In this document: positions 14,016 through 28,585 of the stretch, in pieces
How the letters are laid out: each line of letters starts with the position of its first letter
How positions within the stretch are numbered: the stretch's first letter is position 1
Source of the DNA: Octopus vulgaris
Taxonomy: Eukaryota
Direction: 5' to 3'
Assembly: GCA_951406725.2 (NCBI GenBank)
Contig: OX597827.1
Location: 2,108,001 to 2,172,000 of the forward strand
DNA: 64,000 nucleotides
Program-made: the position numbers and the translations under genes
The notes under the pieces: model-generated
Databases searched by the model: none
What the model saw: the letters and a program-made list of their open reading frames with translations, nothing else
Told to the model about the DNA's origin: nothing

Positions 14016-14908
14016 TGTATGTATATATGTATGTATGTATGTATGGTTATTCATATGTATATATGCATATATATATCACAACTTCTAACTGCTGCTGATA
14101 TACTCTCTCGATAACATTAGAAAGCTTATTTCTCAGACGGAAAATTCTGGTCGTAGCATTAACCTTGTCCTCTTCCTCATCAATGTATTTGCACTCTTGA
14201 ACAATAAAAACACGCAGACGACAAAATCCTAAAAGTTTCGATAAGAATAAACGAGTTGCTTTAGAACCTAAAGCAGTCCACTTTTATAAATATAAATTAT
14301 TGAGTTCCTTGTGGATATGTTACCAAATATTTAAGTAACATTGTGGAAAATGAAAATTTATCGGTCAAAGGAAAAGAAGGATCTTGATGCTCATTCGACA
14401 AATTCTAAACGGGAGTAGGACATTCCAAGAAGTGTACAGGAAGTTTTAGGTTACTGTTTTTAGTTAAATAAACACAAGACTTCATTTTATTTATGCCATG
14501 TAATTTCTTTGTTGAAGATTTTTAGTTGAGAATGATACGTCTGCGTTGAAGGAATGTAACGAATTTATAATTTGGCTATCATCCATCCATCCATCCATCC
14601 ATCCATCCATCCATCCATCCATCCAAATATCCATCCATTTAGCTATTTAACAATATGCATATATAAATATATAGACATACAAATACTTGGACTCATAGAT
14701 GCACAAAAAAGATACTCGCAAGTGCTATACATCGTTTCCGAATTCATGCTCCTGCTGATATTTAAGTTGTTGGTGCTGTTGCTATTGTTGTATCAGTCTC
14801 ACGTCCGAGGAGATCTGTGATAAAACATTACAGCCAAGCCATTTCATAGCTTTGTGTGTGTGTACGCGTGGGTATGTGTCAGTGCGTGTGTATGTATTTA
14901 TGAATGCA

Positions 14909-14975
<67 letters not shown>

Positions 14976-15256
14976 CAGACAATGAGATGGCAATGAAATA
15001 AACGATTGATATCTTATGAACTCCGGTTAGCCTATAGATGTTTGTGCTATAAGTTATAATGGATTCATAGTTGTGTGCCTGAATAACTTCAAATAGTTTA
15101 ATCGAAGCCTTATATAGGTACAATTTATTTCATATACATACATACATTTATATACGTATGTGTTTATGTGTGTGTATGTGTGTATACGTGTGAGCGCGCG
15201 GGTCTGCTTGTATGTGTGCGTGTATGTATATTGATATATTAAGAGAGAAAGGAGAG

Positions 15257-15287
<31 letters not shown>

Positions 15288-17695
15288 GAGATAGAGAGTG
15301 AAAGAGAGAGTGAGTGGTGGAAGTTGATTAAATGTTATTTTAATATTACAAACTCTGGATAGTGGAACAATCCATCTTGCCTAGATAAAACCTCACCTTT
15401 TATTCCATCTCCGTAATTTTATTTTAATTCCGAAGTTTGGATGACAGGAATAAAAGGGGGTTAATATACGATAAATAATGATTATCGCTGCAATAATGAT
15501 TATAAATAAATTGAACACTCGACAACATATCTAACGTTAGGGAAAAAATTAATGTAAAAATGAAACAACATTTTTTTGGTAACACAATGACGAATGATAG
15601 AAACATTTCAGCACAATGGAGAGGTTGAGAGTCTATACATTGACACCAATATAACATTAGATTTGTAGACAGTTACGTACCATTTTTCACTCAGTTGACG
15701 CTTTATTAGTCATTGCTTATATCCAATCATAAATCCACACAATTGAACTTCATTCAAATGGAACTTTATTCAAATTAAGACGCTGTTTCCTCAGAGCAGA
15801 TACGAAAACATGTACAATCTCAAGTATCGGCTGTAAGCAAACATCACGGCAGCCATTTTTGTATATAAATACATGTTTAATAGACCGTATCACGAACATG
15901 TTTCCTTTTCAAACTGCATTCATTCAAATAACACCATTTAACAATGTTTACCATTGATTATATTTGTCTATACCATTATATGTCCAACAAGAGGCTTTAA
16001 TTTCAGCTCAGTCTTATAATTTTTTCCCAAAAGCGGAAATGATAATTCTAAGCATAAAAAATATCTTTTCATATGACCATGATGTTACAGTTCCGATTGT
16101 AAATTTTAACGACATAACGCCCAAAATATGAATATAAACAGACAAAAAGAAAAAGAAAAACTGGCAAGTCTGAAAAAAAATAGTATAAATTTTCAGATAG
16201 CATAACTGCTTGCATGCAATGTTGTTTTTTGAACATAACGAATCCTTAGAGCTCATCTAAGTTTCCAGTTTTGATATTTTCTTCATAAAATATGAACAGT
16301 CAGGAATTATTTAACAGTTGATATCATAGCATTAAATTTTATCAGCAGTAATTTTCGGTCGCAGAATGTTTCAAGTATTTGAAGAATCTAACCGAACATT
16401 TTAATTTCTTAAATCAATTCAATTTAAGAACAAAATGAAACATTTATCGACACTGTATTTACATGGGAATTTTCTTAACCATTCCAGTTAATGTTCTTAA
16501 TTCAGTCAGTCTCAAATGTATGCTAGATTCGCTTTGGTAGTCTGCAATACACACATTTAATAGTTTTTTTGTTTTGTTTTTTGCTTCTATAAATTTCCTC
16601 GTAGAATCAGTTCATTTTGTGATATGTATGTACGTAGGCACATACGTACGTGTAAATGTGTACGTATGTACATGTGTGTGTATGTGTGTGCGTGCGTGTG
16701 CGTGCGTGTGCGTGCGTGTGCGTGTATGTGAACGTGTGTGTGAGTGTCTGTGTGTGTGTGTGTGTGAGTGTGAATTATGTACGTATGTATGCATTATTTC
16801 TGATGTATTTATGTATGTAAATATAAACATATTTATATGTACATATACATACGCATTTACATACAAATTTATATACGAGTATATAAAGGTGTATGTGTGT
16901 GTATAGATATATAGATATGAATTTATGTATGTATGCATACATGCATGTATGTGTATAAGTATGTATTTTACATTTATCTACGCGTATAAATTAAGAAAAA
17001 GGACGGTACTTTTCTGGATCAAATGTCGCGTTTAACGGGTGTGCGGTTGCTTTCGGATCTTTAAATTTTTAGTTATAATTCACAACTTTCAAGTTTTAAT
17101 AATTTCTTCGGCGATACGTACCCTGGTAAAATTAATTAAGAATGAATACTCGAATGATCTAGAATCAAATGTCAATCCCGTGTGACCTAGTTTCGTGTCA
17201 TTTCTCCCGAGGGACAGTCTCCTTGGAAGAAGTAAGCATATGTACCGAGCGGTTGACGTTGGGGAGATTTAACTTAAATGACACCATGTTTCTTCTTTCA
17301 GAATGATAAAGACAGATGTATGTACGTACGTATGTATATATATGAACGTATGTATAGATGTGCATGTATCAATCTATGTATGTATGTATGCATGCATGCA
17401 TGTATATATATATGTGTATGCATGTATACATGTATGTATGTTTGTAAGTATGTATGCATATATGTATAAATGTTTGCGTGCATGAATGCATGTATATTTG
17501 TATATGCTCATGCATATACGCATTTATGTAGGTCTCTATGTATATATATGTGTAACTGTATGCATACATATATACGTATCCATATGCATATATGTATATG
17601 TATGTATGTGTGTGTATATATATATATATATGTATATAAATATATATACATATACATATACATACATATATATATATACATATATATATATATAC

Positions 17696-17772
<77 letters not shown>

Positions 17773-18579
17773 CATACACACGCACAAATTTATAAATGTG
17801 TTCAACCTATGCGTGTAGCGTGTGTAAGGTGTATGCGCGAGCGAGTGTTAATTGATTAACGTTTAGCTACGGAATAGAAATCAGAAGAAACTGACAAAGC
17901 AAAAATAAAATAAAGTGTTCGGTTGATTATAGTTTTTGTGTGATGTGAGCAAGAATAAGATGTCAGAAAATTTCCAGAACGCTGAATAAAAAGACAGAAC
18001 GTGAAATGGCATCTCGAAGTGAAAAAAAAAAAAAAGAAGCCGACAATCTTTTTATTTGTGATGGCTAAATAAATGAATGGATATAGTGTGCTTAAGTGCC
18101 ATTGATATTTTAGTGTCTTAATCAGAGGCGAATTTGTAGTGTCCCTCTTACTGTTCTCAACCTGCGAGTGAGTTAGAAGCGGGAGATGAATACCACAAAT
18201 GCTTTCAATAGGGTGTTTCTCTGGTAAACATAAATTGTGGAGGTGCTAAGCTTGATGATCGAATTAAGCTTACCGCTTAATATGTGTTGTGGCTGTTTCG
18301 CTACAGTTGTCGGAGTTTAATGAATAGATCATGTATAGAAAAACCACCATAGTCATGACAATTTCGCCCCACCCCCAACTTTTTTTCCAATAGTAGGGAG
18401 TAATATTCTGCAATGCTTGCACGTTTCAATGTAGACAGCGTAGTGCTCGATTTACAAGGTTAGAGAGCTACCTACAAGTCATTATCTGTGTTTAAGTGTG
18501 TACGTGCACATGTATGCCCGTTTCTTTTCATATATTGTAAATAAATAATGATACTAACAATATTAATACTACTACTAAT

Positions 18580-18583
18580 AATG

Positions 18584-18665
<82 letters not shown>

Positions 18666-18695
18666 CAACAACAACAGCAACGATAATAATAATAA
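18580..18695. repeat. (TAA)n microsatellite
   Basis: Direct repeat. Confidence 0.95.
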
Positions 18696-18696
18696 A

Positions 18697-19205
18697 ATGC
18701 CCTGATGCAGTACCAAGTACTGATTCTCATGGCTTCTGATCTTAACTGATCGGAAGTGTTATCATGTACACGTTTTGGGCTACAACAAATATTCTGCTCA
18801 ATACCACAGATTTGCTTATCAGTTGCTTGACCTTAACCAGTTGAGCATGTTCCTTAGTGGCTGACGACATGTGTATCTCTGATCACGAGCGGATTTAGTG
18901 GGGGAATATCATAGCCAAGTGTTGAGAAGAATGCTCTGGAGTTTGAATAACTCACCTCAAGAAACATGGGTGTTTCGTTCAACATCCTTAAACAACACTT
19001 CTTCAAGGACCTTTTGAACGAGATGGGCTACACGACCTAAATAAAATTCTAACGTGCTGTTTATCTTGATATAAAATCACCATGTCATGCACATATGGTT
19101 GTGATGCATGTGCCTGGTGTACCCTTATCAGAGGGTTAGTCATGATGGGTATACTAGGCATCGTACCCCAGTATTACTTTGATGATATGCACTTCTCTCT
19201 CACTC

Positions 19206-19206
<1 letters not shown>
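18697..19206. mobile_element. ~0.55-kb non-coding element in (TAA)n, copy 1 (more decayed, small deletions)
   Basis: Colinear with 19285-19842; both are bounded by ATGCCCTGA... and ...CTCTCTCACTCA, with (TAA)n on both sides. Confidence 0.85.
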
Positions 19207-19284
<78 letters not shown>

Positions 19285-19287
<3 letters not shown>

Positions 19288-19841
19288 CCCTGACGCAGTA
19301 CCAGGCAGTAGCTCTCATGGCTTCTGATCTTAACTGATTGCAAGTGTTATCATGTACATTGTTTTGTCTTGGTATAAAAGATGGGCTACAGCAAATATTC
19401 TGCTCAATACCACAGATTTGCTTGTCAGTTGTTTGACCTTAACCAGTTGAGCATTTCCCTTAGTGGCTGACGATATGTGCATCTCTGATCACGAGCAGAA
19501 GTAGTGGGGGAGCATCATAGCCATGTGTTGAGAAGGATTCTTTGGGGTTTGAATAATTCACCTCTGGAAACATGGGTGGTTCTTTCAACATCCTTAAACA
19601 ATCCTTATTCAGGGACCTTTTGAGCGGGATGGGCTACTCAACCTGAAGAAAATTCTAACTGGGCCCCACCTGCAAGGTCATGTGCTGTTTATCTTGATAT
19701 GAGATCACCATGTCGCGCACATATGGTTGTGATGCAATGTGCCTGGTGTACCTTTATCAGACGGGTAGTCATGATGGGTATATTGGGCTTCGTATATTTT
19801 ACCCCAGTGTCACTTTGATGGCATGCACTGCTCTCTCACTC

Positions 19842-19842
<1 letters not shown>
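19285..19842. mobile_element. ~0.55-kb non-coding element in (TAA)n, copy 2
   Basis: Colinear with 18697-19206; flanked by (TAA)n at 19206-19284 and 19842-20135. Confidence 0.85.
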
Positions 19843-19903
<61 letters not shown>

Positions 19904-19911
19904 TAATAATG

Positions 19912-19952
<41 letters not shown>

Positions 19953-19998
19953 TATAATAATAATAATAATAATGATGATAATAATAATAATAATGATG

Positions 19999-20065
<67 letters not shown>

Positions 20066-20085
20066 TGATGATGATGATGATGATG

Positions 20086-20137
<52 letters not shown>

Positions 20138-20466
20138 ATTGATTACTAATTGATAATGATTAGAATATTGTGTTGAAATGTATTTAAAAAATACTGACAG
20201 GTAATTAGAAATATATTGAGTTGTGGGAGACAAAAAAAAACAAACAAACAAACTGGTTAACAAAAAAGACATTTAGAGGGAGTCAATTGGTCCTCAGTTT
20301 TGTTTATTGTTGGACAATAGAGGAACTGTCGAACTGAATGAGCAGGGTTTGAGAAAAACAAAATGTATTCTTGATAAAGAATTTTTGAAAGTATATGTCT
20401 AACTGGCAAAGACAATCGGTTTCAATCAATGGAATTTCCTTTAATTTAAAATATGTCCAGATGCAG

Positions 20467-20510
<44 letters not shown>

Positions 20511-21303
20511 TGTATATATATTTGTATAATATATGTATGTATTTATGTTGTGTGTGTGTGTGTGTGGTGATGATGCTGGTGTGCTGGGGGTAGAGGTGGC
20601 ATTGAAAAAGCTTGAAACGAAATTCTTTGAAAGTGTGTCTATACATTTGGGAACTTATAGACAAAACGGAAATAATGTTTCAGTGAACGGGAAATTATCT
20701 CGCCACGATCGGAAATAAGGTTTCAAAACCGGAAGTGATATATTTAGTTGCAGGAAATACTGTTTACAATAACCGGAAGTAAGGTAACAGGAATTGGAAT
20801 CATCCAATCTGTCCAATACATCGTTTCCTTTTTCATCTCGACATATTCTTTGATGTCCTTATATTCTTAAGATAATGACAACACCTTGTCAATGGACATT
20901 TTCCAAAGCCTTTCCACAAATATATTAAAACAAAACAAAAATCGTTCATCTTTCTTTGATTTTTTTTTTCATTCTTTTAATTCTTTGCTTTCTTTCCTCT
21001 CATTCCTTATAATCTTTCCATAATTCTTTCTATTTTCATTCGAGGTTTTACTTCTTTTCTTTTCACTCTATCATATTGTTCTTTTCGTTCTATTACACTT
21101 TCTTTCTGTTTTTCTTTTTACCTTCTTTCTTTCTTTATTTATTTATTCGTTTCTTTTTCTTTCTTTCTTCTTTCATTCTTTTTTCTCTTTCTTTTTCTAT
21201 TTCTTTCTTCCTTCTTTTCCTTCTTTCTCATTGATTCCTGTCTGTAATATCTTTTTCTTTCGTGTTTTCTTTATCTTTAGTATTTTTACCATTCATTTTC
21301 ATT

Positions 21304-21369
<66 letters not shown>

Positions 21370-21492
21370 TTTCTTCTTTCCTTCTTTTCCATCTTTCTAA
21401 TTATCTTCCTTTTCTATCAATCCCTTTCTCTCATTTTCTTCTTTACATTTAGTACTTTTTACTATTTTTCTTTCCTTCTTCTTTTCTTTTTT

Positions 21493-21528
<36 letters not shown>

Positions 21529-21630
21529 TCCTTCTTTCTTTCATCACTTCTTTATTATATTATTTTGTTGTGTGTATATTCTTGACATGCTTTTGAATTA
21601 AGGGTGTTGTTGTTATTGTGGTTGTAGTTG

Positions 21631-21662
<32 letters not shown>

Positions 21663-22218
21663 GTTAGTTGATTGTCAGTTGGTTGTGATATGGTTTAAGT
21701 TGTTATATACAGACACGTGATAAACGGAACCAACTGCATATTCAGGCCGGAAGTAGTTTTGAAGCGGGAGAAGTTGGTAATAGCTGCAAGAGAAATAGGT
21801 ATCGTTTATTTTTGGTGGTCGATGTGAGATAGATAGATAGATATATAGGTATGAATGCATGTATATAGTGAGAAAACTTAAGATATAGAAGCTTAACTTG
21901 TTAGTATTCAATGAAAGGAGAGAGAATAGACTGCGCATGTGCAAAAAATGTGTCTAGATAAATAATTTCCGTTGTTTACTGGGCCACAAATGAGGATTTT
22001 GTCTTTATGACACTTAATACGTAATGGTTAAATAAAAATTGACAAAGTTCCCCCAGTCCAGCGTTAGTTTGCTGAATTCGGCGATAAAATTGTATTTGCA
22101 AGCTTTGAGTTTGTAAGGTATATGTTTCAATCCAGCTTTGAGCTTCTGCCACGGAAATTTGTTGACATAGAGCGTTACCACAACTTTATAACTACACACA
22201 CACACACACACACGCACG

Positions 22219-22249
<31 letters not shown>

Positions 22250-22473
22250 ACACACACATACACACACACACACACACAGTTATGTACGTATATACTCGTA
22301 TCTTTCAGAAAAACGGAGAAAGGTAAAACTGGGAGCAATAAAATGAGGATCGACTCTAGTATTACTCGCACTCACATAGGTTTAGATTATATTTAATCGA
22401 TCTCAGTTGCATGAAACGTTAAGTCGATTCTGAGAGGAGATTGAAGTCAAAACAGAGACACAACACAGGGCAA

Positions 22474-22521
<48 letters not shown>

Positions 22522-23447
22522 CCCACCACCATCACCACCACTACTGCTACTACTTCTGTAACTGCTCATGATGATGATAATGAGAAGGAGGAGTAAGAGG
22601 TGGAGGAGCAGGAGGGAGGAGAGGAGAAGAAGGAAGAGAAGAGGGGGGGATGGGAAGAAGAGGAGGAGCAGGAAGTGGAGGCAGAAGAGAAGGGGGACGA
22701 TGAGGGCGATAATGGTGGTGGTGGTGGTGATAGTCGTCGTCGTCGTGATCTTGACGGCGTTGATGGTCACGATGATGACAATCCTGATATTGAGAAAGTG
22801 TTTGAGCTTGAACCACCAACTATTCTAACAATGAGAGAGAAAAGGAGAGAGAAGGGGAAGAAAGAGAGATAGAGTGGGAGAAGGAGAGAGAGAGTGAGAG
22901 AAGGAGAGTGAGAGAGTGAGAGAGAGAGAGAGAAAGAGAAAGCGAGAGTGAGAGAGATGGCGGTTATTAAACAGATAAAGCTGTGTGTTACAACGTAGAC
23001 AAATACAGGTATTGCAAATACCATACAATATAGTTCTTGAGTCATTAAAATTACTTCCGCCTCAAGAGGATATATCTTAATTCCTAAATGGTATTTCAAG
23101 ATTGGCTCCACTTGAGAAGAGATATAAGAATCACGAAGCTGCATCAAATTTTCCAGAGATCATTCAGGAGTTGTTACACACGGAAATGGCGCAATGGTTC
23201 GACAATTACTGCGTGCAGCCACTACACAGCCATTACACACTTCACATCGAAGAAAGGTGTGTAGATTCGATATAGGCATAAGCTAAGCAATTTTAAGGTA
23301 AGAAGTTCAATAGATTACATCGACACCAATACACGATTGGAACTTATTTTACTGATTCTTGAGAGATGAAAGGCAAAGTTGACGTCGGTGGTATATGAAC
23401 TTAGAACCTCAAGTTACGGCAGAAAAGCTTCAAAATGCAACAAGACA

Positions 23448-23824
23448 TCTAATGATTCCCTCAGTTCTAAATTTCATACGAAACCATTACGATTTTACCG
23501 GTATTTTGCATGTTTAATTTCTATATATACATATCTATATTTTTCTTAGTTCACTGTAATAAGTATGTTTAACGTTTGAAAACAAGCTTATTTTTACTTT
23601 CATTTGTCTTCCAGAACCCTAGCCCCAAGCCCTTACAAGATATGTCCGAAGCTCTAACGATTCCTTCATTTCTAAAATTCATACAAAACCGTTACGGTTC
23701 TATTGGCATTTTTTCACGATAAATTTCTATGTACACATCGCATTAGTTCACTTCAAAAACGCGTGTTTCACATTTCAAAACTAGCTTATTTTTACTTTAA
23801 TTTCCTTATTTCAGATTCCTAGCA
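23448..23824 (+). repeat. Diverged ~205-bp tandem duplication
   Basis: TCTAATGATTCC..TTCTAAATTTCATACGAAACC..AGCTTATTTTTACTTT..CAG..CCTAGC repeats at ~23654. Confidence 0.75.
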
Positions 23825-23959
23825 CGAAACCCTGGCACTCATAACATTGGTCACCTGGTTTCTTTGGTTTATAGAAACCGAGATCACAAAATTCCTCCTG
23901 AACTGGACGCCGAATCCGTTGCTGGGTTCATGGCAAGTAATTTTTGAAAGTAAAGGAGA

Positions 23960-24590
23960 AGTCGATTACATCGACCCCACTACTTGATAGGAATTTTATT
24001 TCACCAACCAGAAGAGAACCGTAGGGTATAACTCGGCGGGATTTGAACTCAGAACGGACGAGATATCTTCAAACAGTATCCGGCTTTATTTTTCTCGCCA
24101 AATCTAATGCCGCGTGGGCAATACCGTATGGATGAGGATGATGCCACCCTTCCTGTGCAAGCGTGCTGGAAGGCCACGTCGGTTCTCGGCTGTTACGCCT
24201 AAAGTGCAATCATCTTGTGCATGATGGTCATATTTCTGATTTCATGCAAGATGACCGAAAGCATCGGGCAACGGCCATAAAAGCCATGTCTCATCACTAC
24301 TGATGGTGGTCTTCATGAGGTCTAAGTGGTCCTCTACGCAGTCAAGCATGCCCTCAGCGATTTCCACTCGGAGTTGCTTCTGCTGCTCCGCCAACCGGAA
24401 ACTGACGCGGCCTAACAGTGCAAAAATTTTTCAGGCATGCTCAGGAAGGATGGTGTAACTCACCACCCAAAGGATATTGCCCACGTGGCATTAGTTTGGG
24501 CGGAAAAAAAACAAACAAAATAAGATACTTTCTGAACGGACCTCGTAAAGAGCTGGAAGAAATGCCGCTAATCATTTTGTCCGACTTTTT
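23960..24590 (-). mobile_element. SINE family B interrupted by a mariner insertion
   Basis: AAGTCGATTACATCGACCCC..GAACTCAGAACG | insert | TAAAG..GAAATGCCGCTAA.CATTT resumes the family B sequence. Confidence 0.7.
24059..24545 (-). mobile_element. Internally deleted mariner (MITE-like) with long TIRs
   Basis: TIRs CGAGATATCTTCAAACAGTATC..CTAATGCCGCGTGGGCAATA and TATTGCCCACGTGGCATTAG..GATACTTTCTGAACGGACCTCG-TA. Internal minus-strand peptide LAEQQKQLRVEIAEGMLDCVEDHLDLMKTTISSDETWL resembles the mariner ITGDETW motif. Confidence 0.85.
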
Positions 24591-24946
24591 AATGAGCCTG
24601 TCAGTTCTTCGCTTAGCTTGGCGAGCTATAAATAAGTTGCTGTCTTTCAATTTCATTTTTAGAGGTATATATTCTTAGCCCAGTGTTATTGTTGGTCTAG
24701 GCTTCCGATATTCAATCGCTGTCGTCGCCGATCATATGACACCTACTTCGATATAAATAGTACCTATTAGATAACGAATAAGACAGTGAATCAGAAGATC
24801 GAAATTTCATTTTAAATCAATCACGATGAAATACTAAGAACACAAAGCAAAAAAAAAAAAGAAAGCACACACAAAACTCAAAAATATGGGAAATGGTTAA
24901 AGAGTATTTTTCCTCTTACATCAAAGAAACATACACAGGCAACACA

Positions 24947-25026
<80 letters not shown>

Positions 25027-25194
25027 CAGAGAGAGAGAGAGAGAGGAATCGAGAGAGACAGAAAAACATATACATGCGTATGTATATGTATGCGCTTATA
25101 TAGATACATACGTATATATATATATATATTTCTGTAAATTTCAACTATATATATAATGTGTGTCTATATATAATATATAAGTGTGGTGGAGGAA

Positions 25195-25535
25195 GCCAGT
25201 CGATTAAATCGACCCCAGTACCCAACTGGTACTTACTTTATCAACCCCGAAAGAATGAAAGTTAAGGTCAACCTCGGCAGAATTTGAACTCAAAACATAA
25301 AGACTGACGAAATACCTATTTGCTTACTACCCACAATGGGCTAAATACAGAGAGGACAAACAAGGACAGACAAACGGATTAAGTCGATTACATCGATCCC
25401 AGTGCGTAACTGGTATTTATTTAATCAACCCCTAAAAGATGAAAGGCAAAGTCGACCTCGGCGGAATTTGAACTCAGAACGTAGCAGCAAACGAAATACC
25501 GCTAAGCATTTCGCCCGGCGCGTTAACGTGTCTGC
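25195..25535 (-). mobile_element. Two tandem SINE family B units
   Basis: GTCGATT..ATCGA.CCCAGT..AACTGGTA..CCTCGGC.GAATTTGAACTCA occurs twice. Confidence 0.85.
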
Positions 25536-25821
25536 CTTAGGAATATCCTATTATCGAAACATCTTTTTATATTTATTGCTTTTACTCATCTAATTGCTGC
25601 CATGCTGGAGCATCGTCTTGCACTGTTTTATTCAAGTATTTCGATGTTCTTTGTATGTAGCCTGGTGCAAATTTATATCGATATTTACAGATCGAATATA
25701 CGTGATTAATATGAGCTACAAATACTTTTACAACAGTGTATACAAAAACAAATACAGATATATACACATACTTACACAGACACACAGACATATAAAGCCA
25801 TCATGTCACACACACAAACAC

Positions 25822-25879
<58 letters not shown>

Positions 25880-25990
25880 GTACAAACATATCCACATAGA
25901 TATTTACACATAGGGTATATCTAAATGCCTATGCAGATGTATGTGTTCCTATAAATGCGTGTGTGTATGAATATACGTATATGTACGTGT

Positions 25991-26136
<146 letters not shown>

Positions 26137-27153
26137 TATATATGATATTGTATGTGTGTATATAATATATATACATGCATACATACACACAAACACATGT
26201 ATATATGCATATATGTATACATATGCATATATACATATTCATATATACCAAATTAAATAAATAAAAATGTGTGTGTGTGTACGTGCACAGCTGGCTTCGA
26301 GAATGTTTCCTTCAACCTAATTCCACTAACAAGACATTGGTCAACCCAAGGCTATGGTGGAAGACACTTGCTCAAGAAGCCGTGTATCTACGATTGAGGC
26401 ACGAAACCAAGAGCTGCGAACTGCGAATCGAACTTCCCCAACGCACAACCCACGAAGGAGACCCAAAGATTATAATCAGTATTCATGCAACCAACCTCTG
26501 AAATTTTTTCCCTAAATGCCGCCACGTCATACTATCGAATATAATTCACCACTGAATATCCACTGCCGCCATCTTGTATATGCCATCCTTCTTGCCTCTA
26601 GTGATATAAAAAAAAATGATAAAAAAAAAAGAGAGAAAAAAATGATTGTTTCACCAGGTTTTATCACGTTGGATGGAATATTCATCTAAATCACCCAACG
26701 TCATGTAAAAGAAACGTGGGTTGTTAAATTAGAAAGTACCCCACAACTTCACTCATCGTTCACAATGTGATTTAATCTAGGATATATGAAATCAAACACC
26801 ACAAATTTAAATAACAATAGCCGTCTATGTGTCGTTTAAAGTGTATACAACATTGGTAGGCTAGTTACTGTGGTATCTGTCCTGAGATAACATCTCCTAT
26901 AAACGGATGGATACAGCAGTAACTTGCCTAACAACAGGTGTATATGCATTAAGCATGATACATAGGTAGCAATTTTAATTTAATTCTGCTTCAGTTGCTT
27001 TTAACGAGATTTTAAATGACAATCAACTGAGAAAAAGCAAAATTGCATCACTTTTAGCCTACATTAGACATAGAAATAATAGCCATAATAGTGGAAACAA
27101 TAATAATAATAATAATGATAATAATAAAAAGAATAATAATAATAATAATAATA

Positions 27154-27185
<32 letters not shown>

Positions 27186-27414
27186 AATAATAATGATAAT
27201 AGTCCATGTCCTCTATTTCTGTCCAAGTTGGATTTCTTCGCAATGATTATTGTACACACACACACACACACACATACATGTAAGCATACACACACATACA
27301 CGCAAGCACGCACACACATACACGCGCACACGCGCACACGCGCGCGCGTACACAGACGCACAGATACACATATGCACTCACACACACATATGTATACATA
27401 CATATATACATAAA

Positions 27415-27660
27415 TCTCTTATAAAAGGCAGATTTTATCTGCCTCCCTTTGGGAGTTATGCAAATCTACAATATAGGATTTCTTCAATTACAATTTACCT
27501 AGCAGTTTTAAGAGTACAATGCATCGCGTCATACCAGGTCCAGTTTTTAAAATTTAAACTCCAATTAAGCAAAATTTACAGAAAACTCACATTCTGGTGT
27601 GTGTGTCAAATGCTTTTCTTAGTCTGGTTTACACCACACGCAAACGCACACACACAGTGG
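27415..27660 (+). mobile_element. Possible Helitron-like 5' segment
   Basis: A|TCTCTTATAAAAGGCAGA start resembles the TC termini at 28191 and 38336; no 3' end of its own seen. Confidence 0.35.
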
Positions 27661-28190
27661 GCAACGAATAAAATGAAAGTAAATGTAATATTTGTTTCTG
27701 TCTATCACGCTGATAGATACATGAGTAAAATGTATGGGAAGCTAACAGATAACAGTGAGTGAAAATGTTCTTGGAAGAGAGTAAATTAGCGACAGTGATT
27801 TGAGGAAGACTAAACTGAAACTATGAAACAGTGTTTATGTATAAACAGACGACACTTATATAAACCCTTTCGTTACCAAACCGCCCGAATTTACCTATTC
27901 ATATTTAAATGAGAATATCAGAGTAAATCTCTTTAGTACATTCGTGAAAACACGTATTATACTTCGTAAACACTTCAAATACAGTTTTGTACAAAAATCG
28001 AAGTGTAATTTTAATTCCGTGAATTATGGGAGATTTTTTTCCGAAATTTGTTCCTATTGTGTTTTCAAAATTTGTAATTCTGACAAAAAATGGATACGAA
28101 TTTCATTATATCAAGCAGCGAATCAGAATTCGAAGGATTTTCTACTGAAGACCTTCATAAATCTAACTCTATGACTGAAAAAAAAAAGCA

Positions 28191-28585
28191 TCTTTATATA
28201 AGAGTGAAGTTGTGTGTCTGTCCCCTTCAATTTTCATTCGTAATTACTCCCACATTTTGCGGTGCAGTTTAACCAAAAGCGGGTATCTTATAGTCGTGAT
28301 TCATATCGAGCCCTTCTGGGTATTAGCGCGCGTCTACGATGAGTCTACGATTTAAAACAAATTTACCATCATATTTTTCCATTTTAATGCATTTTTTTCG
28401 CTTTTATATAAGGGAAGTAACTCTCTAAAAATATCTACGATGTGTCAACGATTTAAAAAAAATTTACCTTAATTTTTTTTCAATTTTTAATGCATTTTTT
28501 TGCTATTTTTTGGCTATAACTCTCTAAAAATGCTTATATAGTTATTTCCCTTACAAACCCGAGCAACGCCGGGCGATACTGCTAG
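28191..28585 (+). mobile_element. Non-autonomous Helitron
   Basis: A|TC...CTAG|T termini, subterminal GC hairpin CCCGAGCAACGCCGGG, no TSD; 3' end identical to 38336-38725. Confidence 0.8.

Noticed and set aside
15330-16560. AT-rich complex stretch, possible old transposase relic
   Set aside because: No recognisable motif or termini could be supported
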